IMG/VR virus record: IMGVR_UViG_3300017971_000191
Source: a virus
Taxonomy: Duplodnaviria; Heunggongvirae; Uroviricota; Caudoviricetes
Reading direction: 5' to 3' (one strand)
Length of the DNA stretch: 64,000 nt
Position 1 is the first letter of the stretch, and each line of letters starts with the position of its first letter. Below the pieces are notes generated by a model that did not search any database, was not told the origin of the DNA, and saw only the letters and a program-made list of their open reading frames with translations. This document shows, one piece after another, positions 9,582 through 19,107 of this stretch. Position numbers and translations under genes: made by a program.

Positions 9582-11081
9582 CTAAAGTGTAATGTGATTT
9601 TGCCGCGCACTCAACCGAGCTGTCAATGGGAAATCCGAATCGGAACACGCAATTCGCTGGAGTGCAGCCAGCTTGTAGATCGCATAGTCCCGAGCGAGTT
9701 CCTCGGCCTCGGGTTCGTCCGCAGCCGATTTCTCAAAACTACTCCGCACGTCCGGGGCCTTTTGGCCGCGGATTGACGCCAACATCGCCCGTTCCCGGAC
9801 GGCGTCCACGTCCAACGAATACTCCCTGGCCCCAAGGTTGGCCGCCGTACGAACCGCCGCAGAGGCCAGCTTCTCGGCCAGGGGGTACTTGTTTTGCTCG
9901 ATTCGACGCTCGATGGAGTCGTCGTCGATCATCCGCTGGTAGATCCCGGGCAGGTGCTCGGAGGCGGCCTTCACCAGGCCCTCTCCGTGCCCGAGCCAGC
10001 GGCCGAAGTCTCGAATGTGAAGGATGATCTTCCGGTCGGCCAAGGCCCCGAGATCCGCCGCACCCTTCTCCGAGCCGGGCTTTTCCAGCACGTCGACGTC
10101 GAAGGGGGACTGGGGCTCCAGGCCACAATAGGCCTCCGCCGAGCGCTGGGCCTCGATCGCCTCGCAGGAGGCCATTCCGTAGCCGAGCTTGATTTGGGCG
10201 GCGATCTTGGTGCTCCACTCCCCGGGCAGCCCGTCCTGGTACATGATGACCTGGATCGGAGCGGTATCCTGGGAGGCCAGCTCCGCAGCAGCCTTGAAGT
10301 CGAACACGCCGCCATCTGCCGCAGCCTTCTCGAAGTAGTTGGCCTTGGCCCCGGAGGCGATCCGGTCTGCCTGGCGGAAAACCCGGCTCATGTCGAACCA
10401 GGTGGGGAAGAGGTTCTTCACGCCCAGGTGGTGCATGTCTCCGGCGACCTTCACCACGCGGGTCAGATTGTCCTTGCAGCCGCCGGCCTTGCACATGCCG
10501 GGGGTGCAGTAGTCGTCGCGGCTCTTGGCCTGGTTGCCACAGAAGGTGCAGACATCGAAGGGGACACGGCAGGCCATCGACACCGGGAGATCGCCGTCGC
10601 GGGCGAGCTTCTCCAGCTCGATGTCGGCCACGAAGCCCCCGTTGCGATCGCAGGCGCTCTTCTCGGCGTTGAGCACGGCCAGCAGCTCCACCCGCTGCAT
10701 CTGCGGGTTCCAGGCCGAGGCCTTGATGATGCCGAAGTGGGGATGCCCCTTCTCGGGCTTGTTCTTGTGGTTGCGGAAGAACCGGGCGAACTTCACGAAG
10801 GTGGGATGGTACTTCTCGCAGGCACTCTTGGGGAAGCCGTCCCCGTTGCGGTTGATCCCGTACGCCTCCATGGCGCCCAGGGCGATGATGTGCAGGGGGA
10901 CCTCGTCCTTGGCGACCTTGATATTGTCCAGCACGTCAAGGAAGACGTGGGCGGCGCCGGCCGACTTGACGAAGTCAGCGCGGTCCGTCCCGATCAGCCC
11001 GCGGCTGGAACACTTCACGGGAACGACCACCGGTCGATCCCAGTCCCAACCTGCCGGTGAGACGTACTTGATCATGGACAT
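9582..11081 (-). CDS. hypothetical morphogenesis-module protein (499 aa) with a Cys cluster (CTFCGNQ...CTPGMCKAGGC); prohead protease candidate by position only
   Basis: It lies between the putative portal and the scaffold/capsid genes. No catalytic motif was assigned. Confidence 0.45.
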   Translation of the reverse strand: MSMIKYVSPAGWDWDRPVVVPVKCSSRGLIGTDRADFVKSAGAAHVFLDVLDNIKVAKDEVPLHIIALGAMEAYGINRNGDGFPKSACEKYHPTFVKFARFFRNHKNKPEKGHPHFGIIKASAWNPQMQRVELLAVLNAEKSACDRNGGFVADIELEKLARDGDLPVSMACRVPFDVCTFCGNQAKSRDDYCTPGMCKAGGCKDNLTRVVKVAGDMHHLGVKNLFPTWFDMSRVFRQADRIASGAKANYFEKAAADGGVFDFKAAAELASQDTAPIQVIMYQDGLPGEWSTKIAAQIKLGYGMASCEAIEAQRSAEAYCGLEPQSPFDVDVLEKPGSEKGAADLGALADRKIILHIRDFGRWLGHGEGLVKAASEHLPGIYQRMIDDDSIERRIEQNKYPLAEKLASAAVRTAANLGAREYSLDVDAVRERAMLASIRGQKAPDVRSSFEKSAADEPEAEELARDYAIYKLAALQRIACSDSDFPLTARLSARQNHITL

Positions 11082-11099
11082 CCTTGTCTAGCCTCCCTG

Positions 11100-12383
11100 C
11101 TACTGAGCCGGCACGGGCTTCGCGAACTGTGAAAGCTGTTTGGTCAGCTCGTCTTGAGCCTGGCCCGCCGTCCCCTTCTGTTTACCATAGCCGTAAATGG
11201 CACCGGCGAGCAACAGCGGTAGGGCATACTTCCCCGCCAAGCGGGCTTTACCGAGCCTGGTGTGCATGGCCACGGTCTTGGGAAACGGGTTCCGTTTACC
11301 AAGCCCGCTGAACAGTTTGTGCATCCGCGATTCCCGAAACGCGGGCGTTACGCTCTTCTCCGCCAGGCCCTTGGCCAAGGACGACTCGGCGCCGTGGGCA
11401 GCCAACTGGCTGATCAGCGACGGTTCGACCTTGAAGATCTGAGCGAGGCGTTCGTGCTGCCCGGACTGGAAAAGCTGCCGCATCTTGGGACCGATCGTCT
11501 TGTGGCGCAGATAACGCTGGAGCCGGGCCAATCGAGCCTGCTGCTGTGCCGAGCGGACATGGATACCGCTCTTGCTGGTCCAGGGCTTGAACTTCACCTC
11601 TCGGTTGGTTGCGAAACCCGTCCTCGGGTCGTACTTCGTGGTGACGGAGCGATCACCGCCGCCGATGCCGGAGAAGAGATCCTTCAACCCCCTCTCCAGA
11701 TGCTTGGCCTTGCTGGTCCCCACGTCTTCGCCAAACCGAGTAGGCGTTGTGGCCGTGTTGAGCCACCCCGGCATCTTCTGGCGGAGACTGTCCGGGATCG
11801 CATGTCTTCCGGCTACTGCCGCCGTGGCACCGATCCCGGCTGCCCCGGTTGGCGAGGTGGCGAAGTCGGCGGTACCTTTTCCGGCGGCATTGACGGTCTT
11901 CCGCCACCAACCGGAGTTGGCCTCGTTGCGGAGGTTCTCAATGATCGCCGCTTGCTCCGGCGTGGGCGTGACGCCGGGGCGGAGCTTCCACCACTTGCCG
12001 CCATGCTGGAAGTCGCCCGGTGAAGGCGTGCCGCCACCTGTACCGCCCTTCCTACCGGAGGTCAGCGCAGCCGCTCCGGCGCCCACAGCACCGCCAGCGA
12101 GAGCGCCGGTGAGAGTGCTTTGCAGGGGGTTCCGCTCTTCCTTGTCCCGCAGCATCGAGCTGCCCAGACCGAGGGCGCCGCCGGCTCCCACACCCATTAG
12201 CATCTTCTGATGCGCAGGGTTGAGGCCGCCCCACCAGGTCTTGGCCCGCTGGAGCAGGTCGGATGCAGCCAACGCCTCCTTGGTCATCCTCGGGGCTCCG
12301 TGCTGGAGAGCAACGGAGCGGAGGGCCAAAGCGTTGATGGCCGTATCCAGGTCGGCGCTAACTAAAGACGGGCTTGGGTCCAT
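11100..12383 (-). CDS. hypothetical Gly/Ala-rich protein
   Basis: 427-aa ORF. Confidence 0.45.
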   Translation of the reverse strand: MDPSPSLVSADLDTAINALALRSVALQHGAPRMTKEALAASDLLQRAKTWWGGLNPAHQKMLMGVGAGGALGLGSSMLRDKEERNPLQSTLTGALAGGAVGAGAAALTSGRKGGTGGGTPSPGDFQHGGKWWKLRPGVTPTPEQAAIIENLRNEANSGWWRKTVNAAGKGTADFATSPTGAAGIGATAAVAGRHAIPDSLRQKMPGWLNTATTPTRFGEDVGTSKAKHLERGLKDLFSGIGGGDRSVTTKYDPRTGFATNREVKFKPWTSKSGIHVRSAQQQARLARLQRYLRHKTIGPKMRQLFQSGQHERLAQIFKVEPSLISQLAAHGAESSLAKGLAEKSVTPAFRESRMHKLFSGLGKRNPFPKTVAMHTRLGKARLAGKYALPLLLAGAIYGYGKQKGTAGQAQDELTKQLSQFAKPVPAQ

Positions 12384-13773
12384 TGGGCATCAGGTTCGTA
12401 TTGAATGAGGGAGGCTGCCGACTTTCTTTGACAGCCTTCTCGGTGTCGGCGATTTCCTTGACCTCGAAAGGCTCGACGTTGCCCGCCAGGTGCTTCGCCA
12501 GCAAGGGCTGGACGGCCACCTGTTGCTCGGCCAGTCGCGGGGCCAGGCGGGCGATTTCGTTGTAGGCGTTGAGGACCTCCTCCGGGTCGTGCCCGGAGAC
12601 GGGGTTCTCGGGGTCGCTCATCATGCTGTTGAGCATGGCCTGGACCCGGATCTTCCGCAGCTCGTTCTCGTGCTCCGGGTCCTCCAGTTCCAGTTGGGCA
12701 TCCTCGATGGCCTTGTTCTTGCCGCCCGAGCCGAGGGCCGAATCCAGCAAGTGACGGGTGCCGGTGGCCACGGCCGAGCCGGCCGCGAACATGCCCATGC
12801 CGCCTTCTTTAGTCAGCGGCTTCCCCGAGATCAAACAGGTTGATTCCGGGGGCGGCGGGTTCGCACTCGACCCGCCTCGAACAAAAGGGCGCAAGTCCTC
12901 CCCGGCCTTATCCAGGGCCTCCTGTGCTGTATCCAGGGCCTCCTTGGTCTGGTTCACCGCGCGGGCCGCCTGGATGGCACCGGAGATGAACGTGAACGGC
13001 GGGCACTCCATGCAGACAGGCTTCTCGTGGAAGATCCGCATGTCGGCAGCCCGTTTCTCGTTGGGGAACTTGGACGCGAGATGATCAAAGAGGGCGCGTC
13101 CCTGCGCCCCAAAGTAGGTCCCCGCCACATCGTCTGCGACGTGGAAGGGCACGCGGTCCATCGCGAGTTTCTTGAAGTAGTTCTCCAGCAAACGGATGCG
13201 GACGTTCAAAACGTCGTTCGCCTGCGAGTGCTGGGCCCGAGCTTCGTCGAAGGCCCGCTTGGTCATGATGTGGGCGTGGTACGTCTTCCGCGCTTCCTTG
13301 TCGGCGGCGTGCTTGTGGATCATGGATTCGATTTCATGATCCACAACGGTATCTTGTCGCTCACCGGTGAGCGTCAACAGATCCATCCCGGCGAGTTTCT
13401 CCTGCTGGGGACGACGGAGCCACAGCTCCGGTCCCTGGCCGTACTCGGGGTGGACCTCGTTGGGGATCGCGTAGGCGTCCTGGGCCTCCTTGACGGAGCC
13501 TCCCCAGATCTCGTCGTGGATCTTCTCGTAGTCGGCCAGCTCGAACGAGGCCAGCTTGTCCAGCAGGTTCTGACTGTCGTTCCACTGGGCGACCTGGCGG
13601 CCGTTGTTGTAGGCGTTGACGATCGAGCGGACCGCCCCGGGGAGGAGAGCTTCCTCGCGGGCCACCTTGATGATGGCCTCGTCGGGCGTCATGCCGTCGT
13701 TGTCAACGTAGTCGACCGCGGTCTTGGTGGCTTCGACCAAGACCTTCTCTTCGGTGGGGCTCAGCGTGTCCAT
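12358..13773 (-). CDS. hypothetical protein (about 471 aa)
   Basis: ATG at 13771-13773 (MDTLSPTEEK) with an AAGGAGG ribosome-binding site. The N-terminal extension in the track is rejected. Confidence 0.5.
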   Translation of the reverse strand: MDTLSPTEEKVLVEATKTAVDYVDNDGMTPDEAIIKVAREEALLPGAVRSIVNAYNNGRQVAQWNDSQNLLDKLASFELADYEKIHDEIWGGSVKEAQDAYAIPNEVHPEYGQGPELWLRRPQQEKLAGMDLLTLTGERQDTVVDHEIESMIHKHAADKEARKTYHAHIMTKRAFDEARAQHSQANDVLNVRIRLLENYFKKLAMDRVPFHVADDVAGTYFGAQGRALFDHLASKFPNEKRAADMRIFHEKPVCMECPPFTFISGAIQAARAVNQTKEALDTAQEALDKAGEDLRPFVRGGSSANPPPPESTCLISGKPLTKEGGMGMFAAGSAVATGTRHLLDSALGSGGKNKAIEDAQLELEDPEHENELRKIRVQAMLNSMMSDPENPVSGHDPEEVLNAYNEIARLAPRLAEQQVAVQPLLAKHLAGNVEPFEVKEIADTEKAVKESRQPPSFNTNLMPNGPKPVFS

Positions 13774-13775
13774 GC

Positions 13776-14834
13776 CTATTTGGCCTCCTTTCCCTTGGGA
13801 AATTCGATGTCCGGGAGCGAGTCGGTGAAGTTCGGCATCTCGCCGGCCGCCACGAGCTGCAACTCGTCGTCGCGAAGCTCGGCGGCCATCTCGTCGAACT
13901 GTCCGACCGCGGTGCCCTCGAACAATTCCCTGGCTTCCTTGCCGACCGTCCAGGGAAGTTCCGCCAACATGGCGTGAATGTGCTTCTCGATGGGCGTCTG
14001 CTTGCCTCCGTCTGCTTCGGCCCCTCTGGCGATCTCGATTATACGCAGATGCGCCTGGAAAAGCTCCATCACATTGTACTTGTTGACGTCGAACTTCAGC
14101 GCGGCCTGCAACGAGCGGCGGCGGACGATCATCTGCATCGTCTCGTTGAGCCACTCGTCGATGTCGTCCTGGCTGCGGCACGGCCGCCCGGGGATGAACC
14201 CCCGGAACAGCAGATCGCAGAGATGCTCGCCACCGTAGTAGGCCATCGACTTGCAGGTGAAGTCGTACTCGGCCTTCACGACCGGGGGCACCTCGAATCT
14301 CGACTTGCCGTCTTCCTTCTCGTCGTTACCGCTGCTCTTGTCGAGCTTGTGGGCCCGCTCCGCCTGGACCAGGTGGTCTGCCGAGGAGTTGAGCACCATT
14401 TCGCCGATCCAGTCGACGGCGTCCAGCCAGGGCGTGACGTTGAAGAAGACTTTCTCGTACCAGTGGATGACGTCCACGTTGGTCCGCAGCCCGAAGGCGA
14501 TACGATCGTATGCCTGGCGGGCCAGGAGGCGGGCCTCCAGCATGAACCGGGTGTTGGGGTGAAGGCCGCCGTCCCCATCGTAGATCTTCCAGGCGTAGTA
14601 CAGGCCGGGCATCTTCTGCTCCAGCTTGTCCCGCTCCCGGCGCATCTTGTCTTCCGACTCCTCGCTGAACTTCCCGTGGAACTTCAGGAAGAAGTTACGA
14701 GTGTCCTTGATGTACTTGTCGTCCATCCGGTTGGGCTTGCCCGGCTCCGGAGTCTGAGAAGTCATCTCCAAAACCCGCTCGAACCGCCAGTCGGGGCGGA
14801 GATACGGGTCGTAGTCCATTCGATGAATCAGCAT
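13776..14834 (-). CDS. hypothetical protein
   Basis: 352-aa ORF. Confidence 0.5.
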   Translation of the reverse strand: MLIHRMDYDPYLRPDWRFERVLEMTSQTPEPGKPNRMDDKYIKDTRNFFLKFHGKFSEESEDKMRRERDKLEQKMPGLYYAWKIYDGDGGLHPNTRFMLEARLLARQAYDRIAFGLRTNVDVIHWYEKVFFNVTPWLDAVDWIGEMVLNSSADHLVQAERAHKLDKSSGNDEKEDGKSRFEVPPVVKAEYDFTCKSMAYYGGEHLCDLLFRGFIPGRPCRSQDDIDEWLNETMQMIVRRRSLQAALKFDVNKYNVMELFQAHLRIIEIARGAEADGGKQTPIEKHIHAMLAELPWTVGKEARELFEGTAVGQFDEMAAELRDDELQLVAAGEMPNFTDSLPDIEFPKGKEAK

Positions 14835-14846
14835 CCTTGCTCACCT

Positions 14847-15479
14847 TCAGTCGTCGTACTTGACGCTGTAGCTGACGACGATAACGCCCTTGTGGCTGGG
14901 ATTGCACTCCAAGTAGAGAGCGGAGTGGCGGCGTCGTGCCGTCAGGCTCTGGTTGTCGCGATTGCAATACTCCCGGTCCATGTTGTGCTGGGCATCGGGC
15001 AACGAAGAGGTCGAGTAGACCACGTAGGCCGCCGCCGGGAGGAGCGCGAAGCTCTCGATCTCGGGCTCCGTCTGCCAGTAGCCGCTGGCCACGGCCACGT
15101 GGTCGAGGTCCAGGTCGACGATGTCCGTGTCGGGCACGGCGGTGACGGTGCCCACCTCCAGGTCCAACGCCGTTCCCGTGTCTTTCAGGAGGAGCGTGTC
15201 CCCGATCCGCAGCTCGTGATCGGCATCGGTGGTCAAGCGGACCTTGCCGCTGCCATTGTCGGCCACGGCGCTGATGCCGCCGCCCGAGCAGTGCCGGTCG
15301 ATGCCGCCGAAGCAGGCACCCAACCGGTTGTAGAGGGTGGCTTCCAACGTGGTGATTGCGCCCGAGACCTTGGTGATCGTAAACCGATCCAGGATGCCCT
15401 GCATGGGAAACGGAAGTTCCTCGTACGCGAACGCCCCGCTGGGGAGCGTGATTTGTACTTCTCTGCTATAGACGCTCAT
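14847..15479 (-). CDS. hypothetical protein (about 210 aa)
   Basis: ATG (MSVYSREVQ) with an AAGGA ribosome-binding site. Confidence 0.45.
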   Translation of the reverse strand: MSVYSREVQITLPSGAFAYEELPFPMQGILDRFTITKVSGAITTLEATLYNRLGACFGGIDRHCSGGGISAVADNGSGKVRLTTDADHELRIGDTLLLKDTGTALDLEVGTVTAVPDTDIVDLDLDHVAVASGYWQTEPEIESFALLPAAAYVVYSTSSLPDAQHNMDREYCNRDNQSLTARRRHSALYLECNPSHKGVIVVSYSVKYDD

Positions 15480-15489
15480 GCTTGAGTCC

Positions 15490-18141
15490 TTAGTTCCGGG
15501 CCGTTTCGTCCAAGTCGAGATCACCCATCTCGCCGGCGATCGGCTCGACCGTCTTTTCCTTGAGGAACAAGGCCACGTCGCCCAGGGCCTCGAAGGCATT
15601 GCGGAGCGAGTCCTCCAGCTCCGGCAAGTCGGCCTTGCCGTAGCGGTCCTCGAACTCCTCCTGGTGCCAGTAGAAGAGGAACAAGATGCGGCCGAGCTTG
15701 TCCAGGGCCGTCATCAGGTCGCCCAGGTAGCGATCGACCAGGCTGTCCTGCCGGACGCTCTTCAGCAGGCCACCGATGACCGAGGTGTCGAAGACCTCCT
15801 TCTGCCCCGAGGCCGCGGCCTGCTGGGCCTGGCCCATGACGTTCTGGAAGTCCTCGGCCTGGTAGTTCTGCCAGTTATCCCAGACCTGCGGGTCGGTCAT
15901 GCCGGCGGACATCTCGTCGACCGGCATGTGCTCTTCCTGCGGCATGATCGAGCGCACGGCGTGCCGTCCGCCCATCGTCTCGATGCCCATTTCCGGGGGC
16001 ATCATCGCGGGGGCGTTCGGTCCGGGGCCGAGGGCCTCCTTGACCATGTCCTGCTTGTCCCCGAAGCCAGGCGCATAGACCATGCGAAACCGCCGGCCAC
16101 CCTTTGCCGCGGCCTGCTTGAGCATCTCCCGGGAAGCCTGCTCGGTGAGGCCGTGGTCGCGAACCAAATGGATCAGGGCCGCCCGCTTCGTGAGACGATG
16201 ATTGCCCAGGCACGAGCCGATCTGCACCTCGGAGCCGTCGTCCCAGATCTTCAGCGCGGCGGTCTTCTCGGTGAAGAGCATCTGGATGTCGTCCAACTTG
16301 CCCGGGTGAATCGGCTTGACCTCGGAGCCCGATTCACTATCCGGCTCGGCCTCGCAAGGCATCAAGTTGCACTCGTCCTTCGGCTTCTTGGGCTTGGGAG
16401 GATTCTTCAGCGTGAGAATCTTGAAGTCGCCAGGCACCCGCAGCTCGCCCTGGATCGAGCGGAGCTTCGTGCCACGATTCTCTTCGGCGTCGACGTAGAG
16501 CTTGGCTCCGTAGGGGCTGACGTAGTGCCCCGAACCCGATTCCTCAACTCTTCCAAACGTCGGGGCGTCACGGTCCCGTTCGTAAGCGTAGTCACAGTGC
16601 GACTTGAAATCGACCTTGTACGCGCCATCTCCGTAGACCTCCCGGACGACGAAGGGAACCGTCCCGTTGCCGCTTGCGCCAATGGCCAGGTACGTGCCTC
16701 CCTTCTTCAGGCTGTCCCGGTCGCCCAGATCCTCGAACCACTTGTCGAAATCCTCGCGGAGTTCGACCTTGTCGGCCCACAGGTTGGAGCGGTGAGCGTT
16801 TAGCCAGGCCTTCGAGCCGGAATCGCCGATCCGGACGACCGTGCAGAAGTCTCGCTGTCCCTCGTTGGACTGCGGGTTGGAGATAACCAGCATGCGGCTG
16901 AAGTCACCCGGCTTCTCCAGGACCTCGTAGAGCCCCGTCTCGTGCGGGTTGAGCAGCTTCTGCTCGACCTGGGTGTTGTAGGCCTTGGAGGCCTCGGAAC
17001 CGTGGGGGTCCCGCTTGTCCTTGATGAGGACGGTGTCCTTCAGCAGCTTCTCGCGATCGTCGTCGTCCAGCTCGGGGACGTTACGAGCGATGGCCACCTC
17101 TTCGTAGACGTGGATCGTCAGGGCGCCAGACTTGACGGGGTGATCCGGCTTGTCCTCTTCAGGGATCAAGCGGCACGAATCCGTCTGCATGCGACGACCG
17201 CCGCCAGGCCGTCCCTGGCCCCGTACTGATCCATCCATGGCAGGACGGTCGGCGGCGGTCTTGGGCATGATATTCGTCATGTCGGCGAGCGTGCCGCTAC
17301 GCAGCTCGCGAGCCCACCGGCTGAAACAGTCGGTGCCGTAGAAGCGATCGAACCCCTTCTTGATGAGGGGATACGCCCGCGAGATCTCAAAAGCGGTTTT
17401 GAGGAGTCCGAAGTGTTTGGGGAGGACGTTGTTGAGGTCCAGCCGGTTGGCGACCTCGGCCAGGGCCGCCTTCTGCGGGGCGGCACCGATCGCGTCCATG
17501 GCCAGTTTCGTGCCCGGTTCGGCGGTCCGGAAGAGGGCACGAGCAGCCCGATTCTTGGCGGCGGCCACCAGCGGCAGCATGCCCAGGCTCCACTCGTCGA
17601 AGCCGTGCTTGCCGAAGCTGGGGATGGAGGACATGCCTTGCATGTCGGGCATGAGCCCGCCGAGCTGGAAGGTATCCTGATCCGAGGGCTCGCCCAGGAC
17701 GTGGGGCTTCTTGGCCATCAGGTCGTTGACCCAGTTCTCCTTCATGGGCACGAAGGTGTCCTGGTTCTTGATGTACAACAGCTCGTGACCTTTGAGGTCG
17801 CCGTTGAGGAAGAACACCGGGGCGTAGAGCCACTGGTTGCCCACGCGGAAGCCGAAGATCCCCATCGCCTTGGTGGAGTCCTCGTTGCGGTCGACCAACT
17901 GGAAGCCGACCATGAAGTCGATCAGCCGGGGCGCCTTGTCCTTGAGGTAGGCGAACGCCAGCGAGCTGAACGCCTGCTCGAAGCCTTCCTCGGTGGAGCC
18001 GCCCAGGTTGGCGGTCTTGAAGAACGGTCCCCGCGTCCACTCGCGAAGCTGGTGCCGCAGAACCGCGTAGGGCTCCGACGACCGCCAGTACGTTCCGAGG
18101 TCGGTGGAGATCTTATCGAACTTGATCAGTTGTGTAAGCAT
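15490..18141 (-). CDS. large virion protein (883 aa), putative portal
   Basis: Its size and its position at the head of the morphogenesis block suggest a portal. It has no Walker A motif, so it is not a terminase. It contains an in-frame copy of the palindromic 20-mer. Confidence 0.35.
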   Translation of the reverse strand: MLTQLIKFDKISTDLGTYWRSSEPYAVLRHQLREWTRGPFFKTANLGGSTEEGFEQAFSSLAFAYLKDKAPRLIDFMVGFQLVDRNEDSTKAMGIFGFRVGNQWLYAPVFFLNGDLKGHELLYIKNQDTFVPMKENWVNDLMAKKPHVLGEPSDQDTFQLGGLMPDMQGMSSIPSFGKHGFDEWSLGMLPLVAAAKNRAARALFRTAEPGTKLAMDAIGAAPQKAALAEVANRLDLNNVLPKHFGLLKTAFEISRAYPLIKKGFDRFYGTDCFSRWARELRSGTLADMTNIMPKTAADRPAMDGSVRGQGRPGGGRRMQTDSCRLIPEEDKPDHPVKSGALTIHVYEEVAIARNVPELDDDDREKLLKDTVLIKDKRDPHGSEASKAYNTQVEQKLLNPHETGLYEVLEKPGDFSRMLVISNPQSNEGQRDFCTVVRIGDSGSKAWLNAHRSNLWADKVELREDFDKWFEDLGDRDSLKKGGTYLAIGASGNGTVPFVVREVYGDGAYKVDFKSHCDYAYERDRDAPTFGRVEESGSGHYVSPYGAKLYVDAEENRGTKLRSIQGELRVPGDFKILTLKNPPKPKKPKDECNLMPCEAEPDSESGSEVKPIHPGKLDDIQMLFTEKTAALKIWDDGSEVQIGSCLGNHRLTKRAALIHLVRDHGLTEQASREMLKQAAAKGGRRFRMVYAPGFGDKQDMVKEALGPGPNAPAMMPPEMGIETMGGRHAVRSIMPQEEHMPVDEMSAGMTDPQVWDNWQNYQAEDFQNVMGQAQQAAASGQKEVFDTSVIGGLLKSVRQDSLVDRYLGDLMTALDKLGRILFLFYWHQEEFEDRYGKADLPELEDSLRNAFEALGDVALFLKEKTVEPIAGEMGDLDLDETARN
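17386..17405. repeat. palindromic motif CTCAAAAGCGGTTTTGAGGAGT, copy 2, inside the CDS and translated LLKTAFEI
   Basis: The exact 22-mer is shared with the copy at 43047. Confidence 0.6.
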
Positions 18142-18168
18142 GCTTCGCTCCGTCCATGGAATCGAAGG

Positions 18169-19086
18169 TCACCGCAGGGATGCCAACGAGTACCGCCGAA
18201 ACGACGGATCTCCCAAAGGTCGTGTGGCGATGCCGGGGAACTGGGCCCGCTGCATCGGTTGCGGCGCCTGCGAGCGGAGCAAGCCGATGCTCCGCAGGTA
18301 TTCACGCTGGGCATCCAACTCCGCCTGCATCGCGGCAGCGTTGTTGCTGCCCCAGCCTCCGCCGTATTCACCAGACGCGAGCTGCTGCTGCAACTGGTCG
18401 AGCTTCGTTTTATGGGCGGCCTGGCGTTCGGCCACCGAGCCGCCGAACCAACCTCCGCCGTAGTTGCCCGACTCCAAGGCCTTCTGTGCGGCCGTGACTT
18501 TGGCTTCTTGTGCAGCTCTCGCGGCATCGTGTCTTTTCTTCAGCGCTTGATACTGTTCCAGCTTGTACTGATCGGCCGGCGAGTAGATCTTGCTGCGCTG
18601 AAACTGCTGGATCTCCTTGCCTGTCTCCGGGTCGATAGTCTTCTCGCCAGCCGACTCCCAGCCTCCCTGGACCGAAGTCGGTCCCTGCTGCGAGGAGAAC
18701 AGGGAATACAGCGATTTACCGGGCCGCGCGGCCCAGGCCTGGGCCATGTTGCCCATGCCGGCCTGGCCGGTGGCACGCTGCCGATGCCAGCCGATGTTTC
18801 CTTGACCCTTCCAGGAACCCCCGGTCCCAGGAAGAAAGTCCTTGGCCGCCATCGCAGCCGGGGCAGCCACGGCCGCCGTGCCCAAAGCACGACCTGGCGA
18901 AAACTTCCGCCTGAAACCTCCGGTGCTGAGAGGACGAGAGACGGAACGCCAGAGCTGTTTCCCGCCCCAACGTCCCGCGTCATCGGCCAATCCACCGAGC
19001 ATCTTCCCGAGCCCGAGACCGGCCTCTTTGCTCATCGACGAAGAGTTAGCGGCGGCCTTCCTGGCCAGATCTGCGATCACGTCCAT
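18169..19086 (-). CDS. hypothetical protein with GGGW/YGGGW repeats
   Basis: 305-aa ORF. Confidence 0.45.
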   Translation of the reverse strand: MDVIADLARKAAANSSSMSKEAGLGLGKMLGGLADDAGRWGGKQLWRSVSRPLSTGGFRRKFSPGRALGTAAVAAPAAMAAKDFLPGTGGSWKGQGNIGWHRQRATGQAGMGNMAQAWAARPGKSLYSLFSSQQGPTSVQGGWESAGEKTIDPETGKEIQQFQRSKIYSPADQYKLEQYQALKKRHDAARAAQEAKVTAAQKALESGNYGGGWFGGSVAERQAAHKTKLDQLQQQLASGEYGGGWGSNNAAAMQAELDAQREYLRSIGLLRSQAPQPMQRAQFPGIATRPLGDPSFRRYSLASLR

Positions 19087-19107
19087 GCTCTACTCCTCAG
19101 GTAGACT